From an uncultured bacterium (GTDB lineage Bacteria; Babelota; Babeliae; Babelales; JACPOV01): 64,000 nt of DNA. Under the pieces are notes generated by a model that made no database searches, was not told the DNA's origin, and saw nothing but the letters and a program-made list of their open reading frames with translations. Positions 50,553-61,106 of the stretch are shown here, in pieces; position 1 is the stretch's first letter, and every line of letters begins with the position of its first letter. Location of the stretch: assembly GCA_963744715.1 (NCBI GenBank), contig CAVUUR010000009.1:102864-166863 (forward strand), in the 5' to 3' direction. The position numbers were made by a program, and so were the translations under genes.

Positions 50553-51371
50553 TTATGACAGATCATTAACATTAAATAGATTTAAAACATTTTTCGTTGT
50601 TTGTTGCGCGATTTCTTCAAAGGATGTAGTGCGTACTTCGGCCACAAAGTGTGCAATGGTGACAATTTCTTGTGGATGATTTTGTTTGCCGCGTATACTT
50701 TGTGGTGGTAAAAATGGAGCATCAGTTTCTAGCACCATGTGCCCGAGAGGTATTTGTTGTGCCACGGTGCGTAATAATTCATTTTTCGGATACGTTATCG
50801 TGCCACCGATGCCGATGCAAAAGCCGCGGTTGATGACTTCATCAGCAAATGATTGGTCTTCAGAAAAACAATGAATGATGCCACGTAATGGTTCTTTGTT
50901 ATACTGGTCAAGAACGGCTAATGTTTCATCAGGGGCATTGCGCGTATGCACAATGAGCGGTAATGCATATTCAAGTGCTAATTCTATTTGTGCGCGAAAT
51001 GCATCTTGTTGGCGAGGCAGATTGTAATCGGGATAATGGCGATCAATGCCGCACTCACCAATGCCAATAATTTTATGTTTTTGATGATCAGCTACTTTTT
51101 TTGCAAGGGCAAGAAAATCATCATGCCATTGCGCGGTGCAGTCATTAGGATGAATACCAATTGCTGCATATACTGCTGGAAAATTAGCCGCTAAAGTTAT
51201 GCAATTAATGCTTTCAATCAAACTTGTCCCCACATTAATAATTTTTTCTACACCCATTTTTATTGCGTCATTAACAATGGTTGATGCATGAAAAATATTT
51301 TCTTTGGTAAGCGGTGTATCAAATTCTTTTTTTACCATCATATTTATATGACAGTGTGTGTCGATAAGCAT
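50553..51371 (-). CDS. tatD: TatD family DNase/hydrolase
   Basis: IDTHCH, GIHP, GECG.D, H.R, IIHCFS and LETDAPFL motifs. Confidence 0.95.
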   Translation of the reverse strand: MLIDTHCHINMMVKKEFDTPLTKENIFHASTIVNDAIKMGVEKIINVGTSLIESINCITLAANFPAVYAAIGIHPNDCTAQWHDDFLALAKKVADHQKHKIIGIGECGIDRHYPDYNLPRQQDAFRAQIELALEYALPLIVHTRNAPDETLAVLDQYNKEPLRGIIHCFSEDQSFADEVINRGFCIGIGGTITYPKNELLRTVAQQIPLGHMVLETDAPFLPPQSIRGKQNHPQEIVTIAHFVAEVRTTSFEEIAQQTTKNVLNLFNVNDLS

Positions 51372-51475
51372 AATTTTCCTTGAGATAAAGGCATTATTAT
51401 ATTTTTTTATTTTCACAATGCGTGATTGTTTATCATTATCCATACGATATATTGAGCGTTTATTATACCGCAAAT

Positions 51476-51503
51476 TTGACAAACTTAGAAATCAAATTAG
51501 GCT
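51476..51503 (+). promoter_or_regulatory. Sigma70-type promoter TTGACA-16nt-TAGGCT for the HU gene
   Basis: Read directly, upstream of the AGGAG-preceded ATG at 51593. Confidence 0.55.
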
Positions 51504-51592
51504 ATATTACGAATGTCATAGGAAGGCATTAAAAGAAAAAAGAAGAGATGATGAAGTACGCATTTTTAACCATTAAATCTAGGAGTATTTCT

Positions 51593-51871
51593 ATGAACAA
51601 AAGCCAATTAATAGATTCTCTTAGTGAAGAAACAACATTCACTAAGAAGGATGTTGCGCGTTTTCTTGATAGTTTAGCGCGCACCGTACAACGTGCCCTT
51701 AAAGGTGGAGATAAAGTTCAATGGGCGAGTTTTGGTACGTGGTCAGTTTCACGCAGACCAGCGCGTAAAGGAATTAATCCATCTACAAAGCAACGTATTG
51801 ATCTTCCCGCAGTTAATGTTCCTAAATTTAAGCCTGGTAAGGCATTAAGGGAAGTTGTTCGATCAGTTTAG
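51593..51871 (+). CDS. hup: HU family DNA-binding protein
   Basis: MNKSQLI, FGT, R.ARKG.NP and PKFKPGK.L motifs. Confidence 0.95.
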   Translation: MNKSQLIDSLSEETTFTKKDVARFLDSLARTVQRALKGGDKVQWASFGTWSVSRRPARKGINPSTKQRIDLPAVNVPKFKPGKALREVVRSV

Positions 51872-51902
51872 TCAATTTTTGACGTCGAAAAAAGCTTTAC
51901 CT

Positions 51903-51928
51903 AGGGTCGCTTCAAAGCGACCCTTTTT
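51903..51928 (+). terminator. Rho-independent terminator
   Basis: AGGGTCGCT-TCAA-AGCGACCCT followed by a T-run. Confidence 0.85.
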
Positions 51929-51996
51929 GCTTCTCAAAGACTGAATTTTTCAGTATTCTGGTAACAACATATCATATTGGCATATAGGAGAAAACC

Positions 51997-53234
51997 ATGA
52001 TAGATCTTGCTCTGTTACGAGAAAACGCTAAACATACCATTGAATTAATCAAAAGAAAAGATCCTTCCTTTGATGCTGATTTGTTATTACAATACGATCA
52101 AAATCTTAGAATATTGCGTACCGAAGTTGAAACATTACGCCACGAAAAAAATATACTTGCAAAGCAAGGGCAAAAGAATATTACACCAGAGCTGCGCGCC
52201 AAAGCAATAGAGCTTGGCGAACGAGTTAAAGAGTAGTGAAAAAAAATTACACAAACTCGAGCAATGCTTTCAGGAATTATATTTAATGTGCCCAAATATT
52301 CCAGCTGAAGATATTCCCATGGGCGGCAAAGAATCAAATAAAGTAATAAAGGAAGTTGGAGCCGAGCCACAGTTTAATTTTCCCGTAAAAAGCCACGTTG
52401 AATTAGGAACCAGCTCTTGGCTGGTTTGATTTTGCTACCGCTGCAACAATGACCGGGAGTAATTTTGTTTTGTATAAAAATGATGGCGTAAAATTGATAT
52501 ATGCGCTTACTATGTTAATGCTCAAACATAATCAAGAACATGGTTATTCGTTAGTTCTTCCACCCTATTTAGTAAATGAAGAATCACTTACTATTGCTAG
52601 TAATTTCCCCAAATTTCGTGAACAAGTTTATAAGGTTACTGAAGATCAACTTTTTTTAACTCCAACCGCAGAAGTGAGTTTAGCAAATATGTATCGTGAT
52701 AATATTTTTACGCAACAAGAATTACCTATGCGCATGACGGCGTGGACAAGTTGTTTTAGACGTGAGGCCGGTGCTTATGGTGCTAATGAGCGTGGCTTCA
52801 TTAGAATTCATCAATTTGAAAAAGTTGAATTATATACCTATTGCGAGCCGGAAAATTCTGACCAAGAATTAGATCGCATGGTTGCCTGTGCGGAGGATAT
52901 TTTGCAAAAATTAGGCTTGCATTATCGAATTTCATTACTTGCTGCGCAAGATTGTTCTTTTCCTTCATCAAAAACATTTGATATAGAAGTTTTATTTCCG
53001 AGCCAAAATAAATATATGGAAGTTTCTTCATGTAGTAATTGTGGAGATTTTCAAGCACGTCGCGGCGGTATGAGATATCGTGAAAATAGTATGAGCAAAC
53101 CGCGCCTGGTGCATACCCTCAATGCATCGTCATTAGCCATTCCGCGCTTAATGGTTGCACTAATGGAAACCTATCAACAGGAAGATGGTACTATTAAACT
53201 CCCTGAGATATTGAAATCATATGGAGTTTGGTAA
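51997..53234 (+). CDS. serS: Serine--tRNA ligase (apparent frameshifts near 52225 and 52415)
   Basis: PTAEV, CFRREAG, HQFEKVEL, EVSSCSNC.DFQARR and HTLN.S motifs. Confidence 0.96.
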
Positions 53235-53239
53235 TACGT

Positions 53240-54106
53240 ATGATTAGCCCAGAAATTATTGCAAAAATTCGTACCATTGAATTACGCACGAAACGGTTAC
53301 TGGCCGGAAGTTACATAGGAGATCATGTAACCAAACAAAAAGGTTTTGGTTTCGAATTTGAACAGTTAAATGATTATCAACTTGGTCATGATATTCGATT
53401 TATTGACTGGAAAAGCTCTGCCCGTGCCAATAAGATGTTGATTAAAGAATATTGTGCTGAAAAAACAAGAACTATGATTATTGCGGTAGATATTTCGCAA
53501 TCAGCTTTTTTTGGATCAATGCATGGCTCAAAAATTGATCTCAGTGCACAGTTAGCAAGTATTTTAGCATTAATCGGCAATTACAATAATGATATGGTTG
53601 GACTTATTTTATTTTCAGACGAGGTTGATCTTTTTGTTCCACCAGCAAAAGGAAAAAAACATGTGCACATGATTATGACAAAACTATTTTCAATAAAACC
53701 TACGGAACGCAAAACATCACTACAGAAGGTATTGCATTTTATTGGTTCATTGAAAAAGAGAGATTGTCTGGTTGTTCTCGTTTCCGATTTCATTGATCAA
53801 CCTTTCCAAAAAGAATTAAAGGCAATAACGATGCGTTATGATGTTATTGCTTTGCGATGTTTAGATTCTTATGAAGCTGTTTTGCCCTATGCTGGTTTTA
53901 TAAGGTGTCATGATATGGAAACTGGAACAGAACTTGTTCTTGATACACGTAAAAATAGTCGCAATGCAATTTCATTATTATTACAGGAACGGTTACGTGT
54001 TCAAAGTGATTGTTTTAAGCGAGCTGGTGTGAATTATATTGATATTCAAACCGGTAAAGAATATCTTAATGACTTAATTCGCTTTTTACAATACCGAATT
54101 CAATAA
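53240..54106 (+). CDS. DUF58 / vWA-like protein
   Basis: G.G.EF.....Y..G.DIR.IDW..SAR, VD.S.S and SDF motifs. Confidence 0.9.
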   Translation: MISPEIIAKIRTIELRTKRLLAGSYIGDHVTKQKGFGFEFEQLNDYQLGHDIRFIDWKSSARANKMLIKEYCAEKTRTMIIAVDISQSAFFGSMHGSKIDLSAQLASILALIGNYNNDMVGLILFSDEVDLFVPPAKGKKHVHMIMTKLFSIKPTERKTSLQKVLHFIGSLKKRDCLVVLVSDFIDQPFQKELKAITMRYDVIALRCLDSYEAVLPYAGFIRCHDMETGTELVLDTRKNSRNAISLLLQERLRVQSDCFKRAGVNYIDIQTGKEYLNDLIRFLQYRIQ

Positions 54107-54117
54107 TAAGGTTACCC

Positions 54118-54627
54118 ATGCAAATTAATGATATTCCGATCTATGATTTATATGATATTTGGTATTATCCTTTTTGGTATTCATGGTGGTTTATTGCGCT
54201 CATTAGTGCTATTCTGTGTTGTATACTATTTTTTGTTGCATGGTATTGGTATCAAAAAGTAAAAAAAGCAAAAATTCTCAAAGAACCTTGGCACGATACC
54301 TTGAGCAGTTTGTCCGCATTTAATGTGGCGTTATTCCAAGAGGCAGATAGGCAGAAAATATTTTATACGCAATTAACTGAGATTCTGAAATATTATATAA
54401 CACGGCGATATGCTATCCCACTCAAAGGCAAAACTGATCAAGAATTTCTTGATTCAGTTAAAGAATCGAATTTTCCTGAGGATTTATATCCTCATTTAGC
54501 ATCAATAATGCAGGGGGCTGTTTTGATTAAATTTGCGCATCAAAGTGCAATTTCCGAACATATGCGTTATGATTTAATGCGCAGCATTAATATTATTAAA
54601 CAGACAATACCGCATCGTACTACGTAA
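54118..54627 (+). CDS. Membrane protein associated with the DUF58/Bat cluster
   Basis: N-terminal TM segment; FY..L..ILK.Y, T..E and KFA motifs. Confidence 0.65.
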   Translation: MQINDIPIYDLYDIWYYPFWYSWWFIALISAILCCILFFVAWYWYQKVKKAKILKEPWHDTLSSLSAFNVALFQEADRQKIFYTQLTEILKYYITRRYAIPLKGKTDQEFLDSVKESNFPEDLYPHLASIMQGAVLIKFAHQSAISEHMRYDLMRSINIIKQTIPHRTT

Positions 54628-54647
54628 CTCAAGAGGTTTTAGGGACA

Positions 54648-55808
54648 TTGTTAACATTCAATTATGCATGTAATCCACGATCATTATATATACATTGGCC
54701 ATTTTGCCCCTATAAGTGTCATTTTTGTGATTTTGTGGCTATTGCTTCCCATGACCAGTACATGGAACAGTATCATAATGCGTTACAAAAAGAGCTCAAA
54801 CAATTTTTTAGTCATTATACGCCCGAAAAATTGCCGGTAAGCACGATCTACATAGGAGGGGGAACCCCTAGTACCTATCCCAGTCACTTGCTACTTGACA
54901 CGTTTGATACACTAAGAAGTGCTACGGTTTTTTCGCCGACTATTGAAGTTAGCATTGAGGTTAATCCTGGAACCGTAGTAGCCGAACAGTTAGATGTTTG
55001 GCAGGAAGTTGGTATCAATCGCATTAGCATAGGAGTTCAAAGTTTGAATGATATGGTATTGAAACGATTAAATCGTCATCAATCAGTTAATGATGTTAAT
55101 ACTGCACTATCTGATATTAGCAAACGGTTTGAGGTTATTTCAGTAGATTTGATTTTGGGATTACCGGGTATATCTGCTGATGAGTGGAAAAAAATTCTAG
55201 CAACCGTTGTGCAATGGCCAATATCACATATTTCAATATATTTTTTAATGGTGCATGAAAATACGCCATTATATTTTGGTGTGAAAACAAATAAAATAAC
55301 CTTACCATGTGATGATGAGGTTGTTGACCTTTATTTTTGGTCGATTGATTTTTTAAAACAACATGAATTTTATCAGTATGAAATTTCTAATTTTGCTCGT
55401 GTAGGATATCAATCACAGCATAATAGTGCATACTGGGAACGAAAACCTTTTAAGGGGTTTGGATTAGGAGCATGTTCATTCGATGGAAAAGTTCGTTTTC
55501 AAAATCAAAAAAACTTAATGGTATATATTGATGGGGAAGGCGATGAAAAAAAGATACAACTATCAAGTGAAGAACTCTCAGATAAACAAATACGGTTAGA
55601 AAAATTGATGTTAGGGTTACGCCAAACAAAGGGACTAGTTCTGCATGAACTATATGAATATTTGGCTCAAGAAGAAAGGGTAAAAATTTTTGATACTATT
55701 TCATTATTTGAACAGCAGGGGTTGATTATTAATAATCAAGGAACTATACGGCTTACGCCAAAGGCATTAGCTGTGGAAAATGAAATTATCACAAAGTTAT
55801 CGTTATAG
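54648..55808 (+). CDS. hemW: Radical SAM heme chaperone HemW (HemN-like)
   Basis: LYIHWPFC..KC..CDF, GGGTPS, YEISNF and HN..YW motifs. Confidence 0.9.
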   Translation: MLTFNYACNPRSLYIHWPFCPYKCHFCDFVAIASHDQYMEQYHNALQKELKQFFSHYTPEKLPVSTIYIGGGTPSTYPSHLLLDTFDTLRSATVFSPTIEVSIEVNPGTVVAEQLDVWQEVGINRISIGVQSLNDMVLKRLNRHQSVNDVNTALSDISKRFEVISVDLILGLPGISADEWKKILATVVQWPISHISIYFLMVHENTPLYFGVKTNKITLPCDDEVVDLYFWSIDFLKQHEFYQYEISNFARVGYQSQHNSAYWERKPFKGFGLGACSFDGKVRFQNQKNLMVYIDGEGDEKKIQLSSEELSDKQIRLEKLMLGLRQTKGLVLHELYEYLAQEERVKIFDTISLFEQQGLIINNQGTIRLTPKALAVENEIITKLSL

Positions 55809-55872
55809 GGTGGGTTTTTAGCAAACAATCTAAATAGCTCGAATATTATTTTACTTTTTTAGAGGATTAAGC

Positions 55873-56331
55873 ATGGCAAAACATGTTGGTATTAAACTTC
55901 CAGAAGATTTAATTAAAGCAATTAAAGGCGGCACCGTTGGTATATTATCTACTTTTTCAGAAAAAGGATTGCCACATACAACGCCTATTCAATGTATATA
56001 TCCTAAAGGACTTGAAAGTATATTAATGACCATCCATAAAGATCATGTTGGCTATTACAACATGGTATGGCAAAAAAAAATCATGTTATGCTTTATGGAA
56101 AAGGATAATGTTGCGTATAGTATTTTAGGTAGAGCAGGAGTTGTTCGCGCACCTTCGTTAGTGCATCCCTTAATGAATGTAGTACGCATTGATATTATTG
56201 ATATTAAAAGTGATCGATCTACATTGACGCGCATTGAAAGTGGTGTGCGTTGGAGTTATACTTCATGGGAAGCGGAAGAGTTAGTGAAAAGTTTGATCAA
56301 TGAATTAAAGGAATTATCAGAAGTTCTCTGA
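55873..56331 (+). CDS. Pyridoxamine 5'-phosphate oxidase-like (split-barrel) protein
   Basis: LST....G.PHTTPI and SI.G.A patterns. Confidence 0.6.
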   Translation: MAKHVGIKLPEDLIKAIKGGTVGILSTFSEKGLPHTTPIQCIYPKGLESILMTIHKDHVGYYNMVWQKKIMLCFMEKDNVAYSILGRAGVVRAPSLVHPLMNVVRIDIIDIKSDRSTLTRIESGVRWSYTSWEAEELVKSLINELKELSEVL

Positions 56332-56336
56332 TAGTA

Positions 56337-57911
56337 ATGAGGTTTACTATGAACATACAAGGCGCTGGTTATTTATTGTTTTTATCGTTATTACTTACTA
56401 CTGCACAGGGAGCAGATATTCCTTCAGGAGCAGAAAATGTTGATCAAATACAACCTTCTGGAGAACCCGCTAAATCGATTACGGCCATTCCTATCGAGGT
56501 TTCTGAAAAAACAATACCGGAACCAATTGGCCCGGAACAGAAAAAAACGATAGAAACTCTATCGACTCCAAGTATTGCCATAGGGCCAGTTTCAGTTCAA
56601 GAAAAAAATGCACCAGAAAATGCGATGCAAAAAACTGACCAACAAGCAGTGAAACAAAAATCAGCCCAAGCCGTAACAAAAGAAGCTGTGGCAGAAAATC
56701 AGATAAAACCAGAAGTTCCTACCTCGGCAACTAAACCTACGCCAGCGTCCGTTACCCCTAAAATACCTACGAGCCCAACACTCGCATCCGGCACATCAGC
56801 AATACTTACTACATCAGCTGCCCTTTCTATTCTTCCGGCAGCACCGCAAGCAGTAACACCGGTTCAACCTGAACAAGCAACCGAAGAGCAAACCACTCCC
56901 GTATCAGCTGGAAAGACAACCGAAGAATCCGTAGTTGCTCCTGAGCAAAAAAATATAGCTCAAAAAAATGATCAACAGGAAATGAAAAAAACTGCCGAAG
57001 CTCAAACAGGAACACCAAAAGAAGGAATTGATACGGTTGATATTGAAGAGGGTGGAAATTGGCTTCTTAAGCGAAAAGCATTAGAGGATACGGTTGATAC
57101 GATTGAGCAAATTAGTCGCGTTTTTACCAAAATGATTGAAGCTGCGATGAAACTTAGAATTAAACATAATCAGCTGAATAATGAATATGATATTTTTCTA
57201 AGTGGCATTGGGTTTGATTTAGGAGATCTCGATAAGCTTTTGAATGATTTGTTAGAGGAACTTGAACGTGAACGCAAGCGCGAAGGCGATTTAACTGATG
57301 AAGAACGAGAATTAATAACAGCTATTGGTGAAAAGAAAAAAGAGATTGAGCACTTACAAGAATCATTGAAAATGTTACAGGATCTTGATGCAAAAATAGT
57401 TGATGCGATGATGACCATGGAAAAGCAAGTTGAAACTGCTAATACCTATCAAAATCAGGCGTGGAAGAATTTTCAGGTTATCAAAAAAGTACTCAGTGAT
57501 GAAAAAGCTGAAGAGTTATATTATAACACCGAAGGTTTGTTTAAAAGCGTTCAAGCAAGTTATCAATATATACAGGGTTCACTTTCAAATTATTTTAATG
57601 AACAAGCAGAAGCATTGCGTAATCAGATGGCTGTGATAAAAACATCGATATCTTCATTGCAAGCAAATGGCATCGATTTGAAAAAAGAGCTGGAAAAAGC
57701 TGAACAATTGGATCAAGAACGTGATCAAAAAAGAATACATGAACAAGAACATCAGGAAGCAAAAAAAGAAAAAGCAGAGGCAGAAATAAAGCAAGAAAAA
57801 TCCGGCTTTTTTGCTGGCTTGAAAAATGTTTTTAATGGCTTTATTCAGATGATTGTTAATGCTCTTTATTTTGTCATTAACGGTATAAAGGGACTCTTTT
57901 CAAAAAAGTAA
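56337..57911 (+). CDS. Hypothetical secreted protein, Pro/Thr/Ala-rich region plus coiled coil
   Basis: Signal peptide, low-complexity linker, helical C-terminal half. Confidence 0.75.
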   Translation: MRFTMNIQGAGYLLFLSLLLTTAQGADIPSGAENVDQIQPSGEPAKSITAIPIEVSEKTIPEPIGPEQKKTIETLSTPSIAIGPVSVQEKNAPENAMQKTDQQAVKQKSAQAVTKEAVAENQIKPEVPTSATKPTPASVTPKIPTSPTLASGTSAILTTSAALSILPAAPQAVTPVQPEQATEEQTTPVSAGKTTEESVVAPEQKNIAQKNDQQEMKKTAEAQTGTPKEGIDTVDIEEGGNWLLKRKALEDTVDTIEQISRVFTKMIEAAMKLRIKHNQLNNEYDIFLSGIGFDLGDLDKLLNDLLEELERERKREGDLTDEERELITAIGEKKKEIEHLQESLKMLQDLDAKIVDAMMTMEKQVETANTYQNQAWKNFQVIKKVLSDEKAEELYYNTEGLFKSVQASYQYIQGSLSNYFNEQAEALRNQMAVIKTSISSLQANGIDLKKELEKAEQLDQERDQKRIHEQEHQEAKKEKAEAEIKQEKSGFFAGLKNVFNGFIQMIVNALYFVINGIKGLFSKK

Positions 57912-57962
57912 TAGTTATTAATAGATAAGTACCCCACTATATTGGCACGTTGAAAATAAGTG

Positions 57963-57994
57963 ATACCCGAAATTACTATAATTTCGGGTATTTT
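57963..57994 (+). terminator. Rho-independent terminator
   Basis: ATACCCGAAATTA-cta-TAATTTCGGGTAT followed by TTT. Confidence 0.75.
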
Positions 57995-58057
57995 GCTGTC
58001 GTAGTTGATCAAAGAGCATAAATCTGCTACATTTCTGTTCATACAACATTTTTTAAA

Positions 58058-58144
58058 GCCGAGGTGGTGAAATTGGCAGACACGCAGCCTTGAGGTGGCT
58101 GTGGGAGAAATCCTGTAGGGGTTCGAGTCCCCTCCTTGGCACCA
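58058..58144 (+). tRNA. tRNA-Leu(GAG)
   Basis: CAGCC-TTGAGGT-GGCTG anticodon arm, long variable arm, CCA end. Confidence 0.95.
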
Positions 58145-58207
58145 AATATTGTTTCTTAAAAAAAGAGTAGTTACGTAGAAAAAGATAAAATTTTTTGAAA
58201 GGATTTC

Positions 58208-59788
58208 ATGAGCATTTCAATACGCAATGTTTTTTCAGCAAGCTTCTTTGTATGGCTTACGGCAGCTATTCTTGGATTATGTTACTTGTTTACTATTTCC
58301 GATGGTAAAATAGCGCTACGGCAAGACCGCCTCAAATTCGGCATCGACCTTGTGGGAGGAACGTACATTACGCTTGAGGTACAAACCGACAAAGCTCTGG
58401 AAATTGAATTAATTGATAAAGGACAAAATATACTTAAGCGAATGAAAGATGCTCATATAGCTTTGCCAATTGCGCAGTTACAAGAAAAAGATACACTTAT
58501 TTGGAAATTTGAGACTATTAATCAAGTATACGATGCGGCTCAGTTTATTAAAAATGATCCATCGTTTGTAACAAAGAGTGATCAACAAGAATTAAGAATA
58601 CAATTTAAAGAAAGTGCCGCTCATAAAATTAAGGAATGGGCAGTCCAAGGGAATATTGAAGTGTTGCGCACAAGGCTTGATAGATTGGGAGTTGGTGAAA
58701 TTCATATAGCATCTCAAGGTGAAAAAAATATTGTCATTGATTTGCCCAACGTTGATAATCCTCAAAAAGCGCGTGCAATGATTGGCAAGCCTGCGTTGCT
58801 TGAAGTTAAATTGGTAGAACGATCTAGTGGTAGCAAAGAAGATATTCTTGATGCGTACGATGGAGAACTACCAGAAGGAATGGAGATTTTACCCGGTAAG
58901 CCTGGGGCCGATGGTTTTGCGCGACAGTATTACTTGGTTCCTCGCTATACTGATTTAACCGGGCGTTTACTTAAAGATGCTTATGCAGGATTTGCTGAAA
59001 ACACCCAATCTGGAGTAGTTGTTCATTTTAAATTCAATCCTGAGGGCGGCGAAAAGTTTTATGAATTAACGCGCAAAAATTATAATCGCCAAATAGCATT
59101 GATCCTTGATGGGGAAGTTATTTCCGCTCCTCGTATTTCGGTGCCTATTAGCACAGAAGGGTATATTCACGGTGATTTTACTACTGAAACTGCTCATGAA
59201 CTTGCATTACTGTTAAAATCAGGAGCATTTGTTGCACCGGTTAGCTTTGAAGAAGAACGTCAGATTGGGCCTTCATTGGGTCAAGAGTCAATTCGTCAAG
59301 GGCTTATCGCTTGTTTAGTAGGATTAATTTTACTGTTTATATTTAGCATATTGTTTTATAAGGTTGCCGGGTTTTATGCCTTTGTTACCCTGTTATATAA
59401 TTTATTGATTATTATGTTGGCGTTGTCCTGGTTGCACGCAACCTTAACCTTGCCCGGTATTGCAGGTATGGTTCTAACCTTGGGTATGGCAATTGATGCT
59501 TCGATTCTGATTTATGAGAAAATTAAGGAAGAATTGTCGCGTGGTGTTACGTTAAAAAAAGCGGTCGATGTTGGTTTTTCTGATGCAATGACCGTCATTC
59601 TTGATTCGAATATCACTACCTTCTTAGTCGGTATTGTTTTATATAAATTTGGAACAGGCCCTATTCAAGGGTTTGCCGTTACGATGATGGTAGGTATTAT
59701 TGCAACATTGGTAACAGGGTTATTCTTTTTGCGTTCATTATTTAACTTTACGTTATATAATTTAGATGTGCAAAAATTGAAAATTTAA
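58208..59788 (+). CDS. secD: Protein translocase subunit SecD
   Basis: GIDL.GG, IGPSLGQESI, LTLPGIAG.VLT.GMAIDA, DSNITT and GTGPIQGFA motifs. Confidence 0.97.
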   Translation: MSISIRNVFSASFFVWLTAAILGLCYLFTISDGKIALRQDRLKFGIDLVGGTYITLEVQTDKALEIELIDKGQNILKRMKDAHIALPIAQLQEKDTLIWKFETINQVYDAAQFIKNDPSFVTKSDQQELRIQFKESAAHKIKEWAVQGNIEVLRTRLDRLGVGEIHIASQGEKNIVIDLPNVDNPQKARAMIGKPALLEVKLVERSSGSKEDILDAYDGELPEGMEILPGKPGADGFARQYYLVPRYTDLTGRLLKDAYAGFAENTQSGVVVHFKFNPEGGEKFYELTRKNYNRQIALILDGEVISAPRISVPISTEGYIHGDFTTETAHELALLLKSGAFVAPVSFEEERQIGPSLGQESIRQGLIACLVGLILLFIFSILFYKVAGFYAFVTLLYNLLIIMLALSWLHATLTLPGIAGMVLTLGMAIDASILIYEKIKEELSRGVTLKKAVDVGFSDAMTVILDSNITTFLVGIVLYKFGTGPIQGFAVTMMVGIIATLVTGLFFLRSLFNFTLYNLDVQKLKI

Positions 59789-59822
59789 GTATAATTAGTA
59801 TGAAATAATAAGGATAACTATT

Positions 59823-59899
59823 GGCGACGTAGCTCAGTTGGTTAGAGCGGCGGAATCATAATCCGTAGGTCCGCGGTTCGAATCCGCGCGTCGCCACCA
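59823..59899 (+). tRNA. tRNA-Met(CAT), elongator type
   Basis: GGCGACG/CGTCGCC acceptor stem with paired 1:72, CAT anticodon, CCA end. Confidence 0.9.
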
Positions 59900-59911
59900 T
59901 TTAAGAACAGT

Positions 59912-60505
59912 ATGAAACTTCAATTAAACACACCACTTTTATTAACATTATTCCGTTTATTATTTTCTCCGTTTGTTTTACCAATATTATTGGTACTGTT
60001 TTTGCCGCTTAATATTTTGTGGGTTAATTGTTTATTGGCAGCCATTTTTATTTTGTTTAATCTGACCGATTTTTTAGATGGCTATTTGGCTCGGCGTTAT
60101 AAACAGGAAACAACGTTAGGAAGAATTCTTGATCCGATAGCGGATAAGTTTTTATTATTCGCTACATTAATTGCATTAGTAGCCGTCAAAAAGATCTTTT
60201 TTTATTGGGCAATTATTTTCATTGGAAGAGAATTTTTTTTAATGGCGTTACGGTTGACGGCGCTTGAGCACGGATTTTCAATGCCAGTTTCCTGGTTAGG
60301 AAAAAGCAAAACATTTGCACAGGGTGCTTATTTGACTATTGCGATTATGAATAATTCACAAGATAATTTTCAGTTAACCTCATTTGATAAGCTTGAAGCA
60401 TTATTATTAATTATTGCATTAACCATATCAATAGTTTCTGCCTACGATTATTATCGAGATTTTATCAAGAAATTTAATCGAGGGAATCTTCTTGAACATC
60501 ATTAG
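59912..60505 (+). CDS. pgsA: CDP-diacylglycerol--glycerol-3-phosphate 3-phosphatidyltransferase
   Basis: TDFLDGYLAR......LG..LDP.ADK motif. Confidence 0.92.
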   Translation: MKLQLNTPLLLTLFRLLFSPFVLPILLVLFLPLNILWVNCLLAAIFILFNLTDFLDGYLARRYKQETTLGRILDPIADKFLLFATLIALVAVKKIFFYWAIIFIGREFFLMALRLTALEHGFSMPVSWLGKSKTFAQGAYLTIAIMNNSQDNFQLTSFDKLEALLLIIALTISIVSAYDYYRDFIKKFNRGNLLEHH

Positions 60506-61079
60506 TTTATATATTTCTATTGTAGGATTTATTATTGGTTCAATTCCTTCCGGTGTATTAATTGCACGGTTACAAGGAATTGCCGATATTACTCAGTATG
60601 GCTCTGGCAGTAGCGGTGCTACTAATGTGGCAAGACTATTGGGTATATCAAATTTTTTCCTTGTTTTTTTTCTTGATGCATTCAAAGCCTTTATTTATTT
60701 ATTTATTCTTAATTGGTACGGCGTTGCATTAGTAGTACAAATATGGGCAGCGATGGCACTTATTGTAGGAAATACCGATTCAATATTTTTGCAAGGCCGC
60801 GGTGGTAAAGGAATTGCCACCAGTTTTGGTGTATTAGCAGCGCTGGCGCATTACCTGATATTACCAATTTCATGCGTATGGTTTAGTATTTTTTATGCAA
60901 CAAGAACGGTGGGGATTGCATCAGTTGCTAGTTTAATAAGTCTTCCATTTATTGCATGGTACCTGTCTAATATGAACATAGTGATGCTCAGTATTTTTAT
61001 TGCGGCATGGTGTTTAAAAAAACACACCGATAACGTCAAACGATATTTTCATCCTAGTAAATTTTTTCACAAAATATAG
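60492..61079 (+). CDS. plsY: Glycerol-3-phosphate acyltransferase PlsY
   Basis: GSIP.G, GSG..GATN..R, D..K and GGKGIAT..G motifs. Confidence 0.92.
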   Translation: MNIISLYISIVGFIIGSIPSGVLIARLQGIADITQYGSGSSGATNVARLLGISNFFLVFFLDAFKAFIYLFILNWYGVALVVQIWAAMALIVGNTDSIFLQGRGGKGIATSFGVLAALAHYLILPISCVWFSIFYATRTVGIASVASLISLPFIAWYLSNMNIVMLSIFIAAWCLKKHTDNVKRYFHPSKFFHKI

Positions 61080-61106
61080 GTTGATCTTACATAGATCGAT
61101 AATTTT

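Noticed and set aside
41745..59899. Prophage or integrative element at the tRNA genes
   Set aside because: No integrase, transposase, phage genes or duplicated tRNA 3' ends were seen
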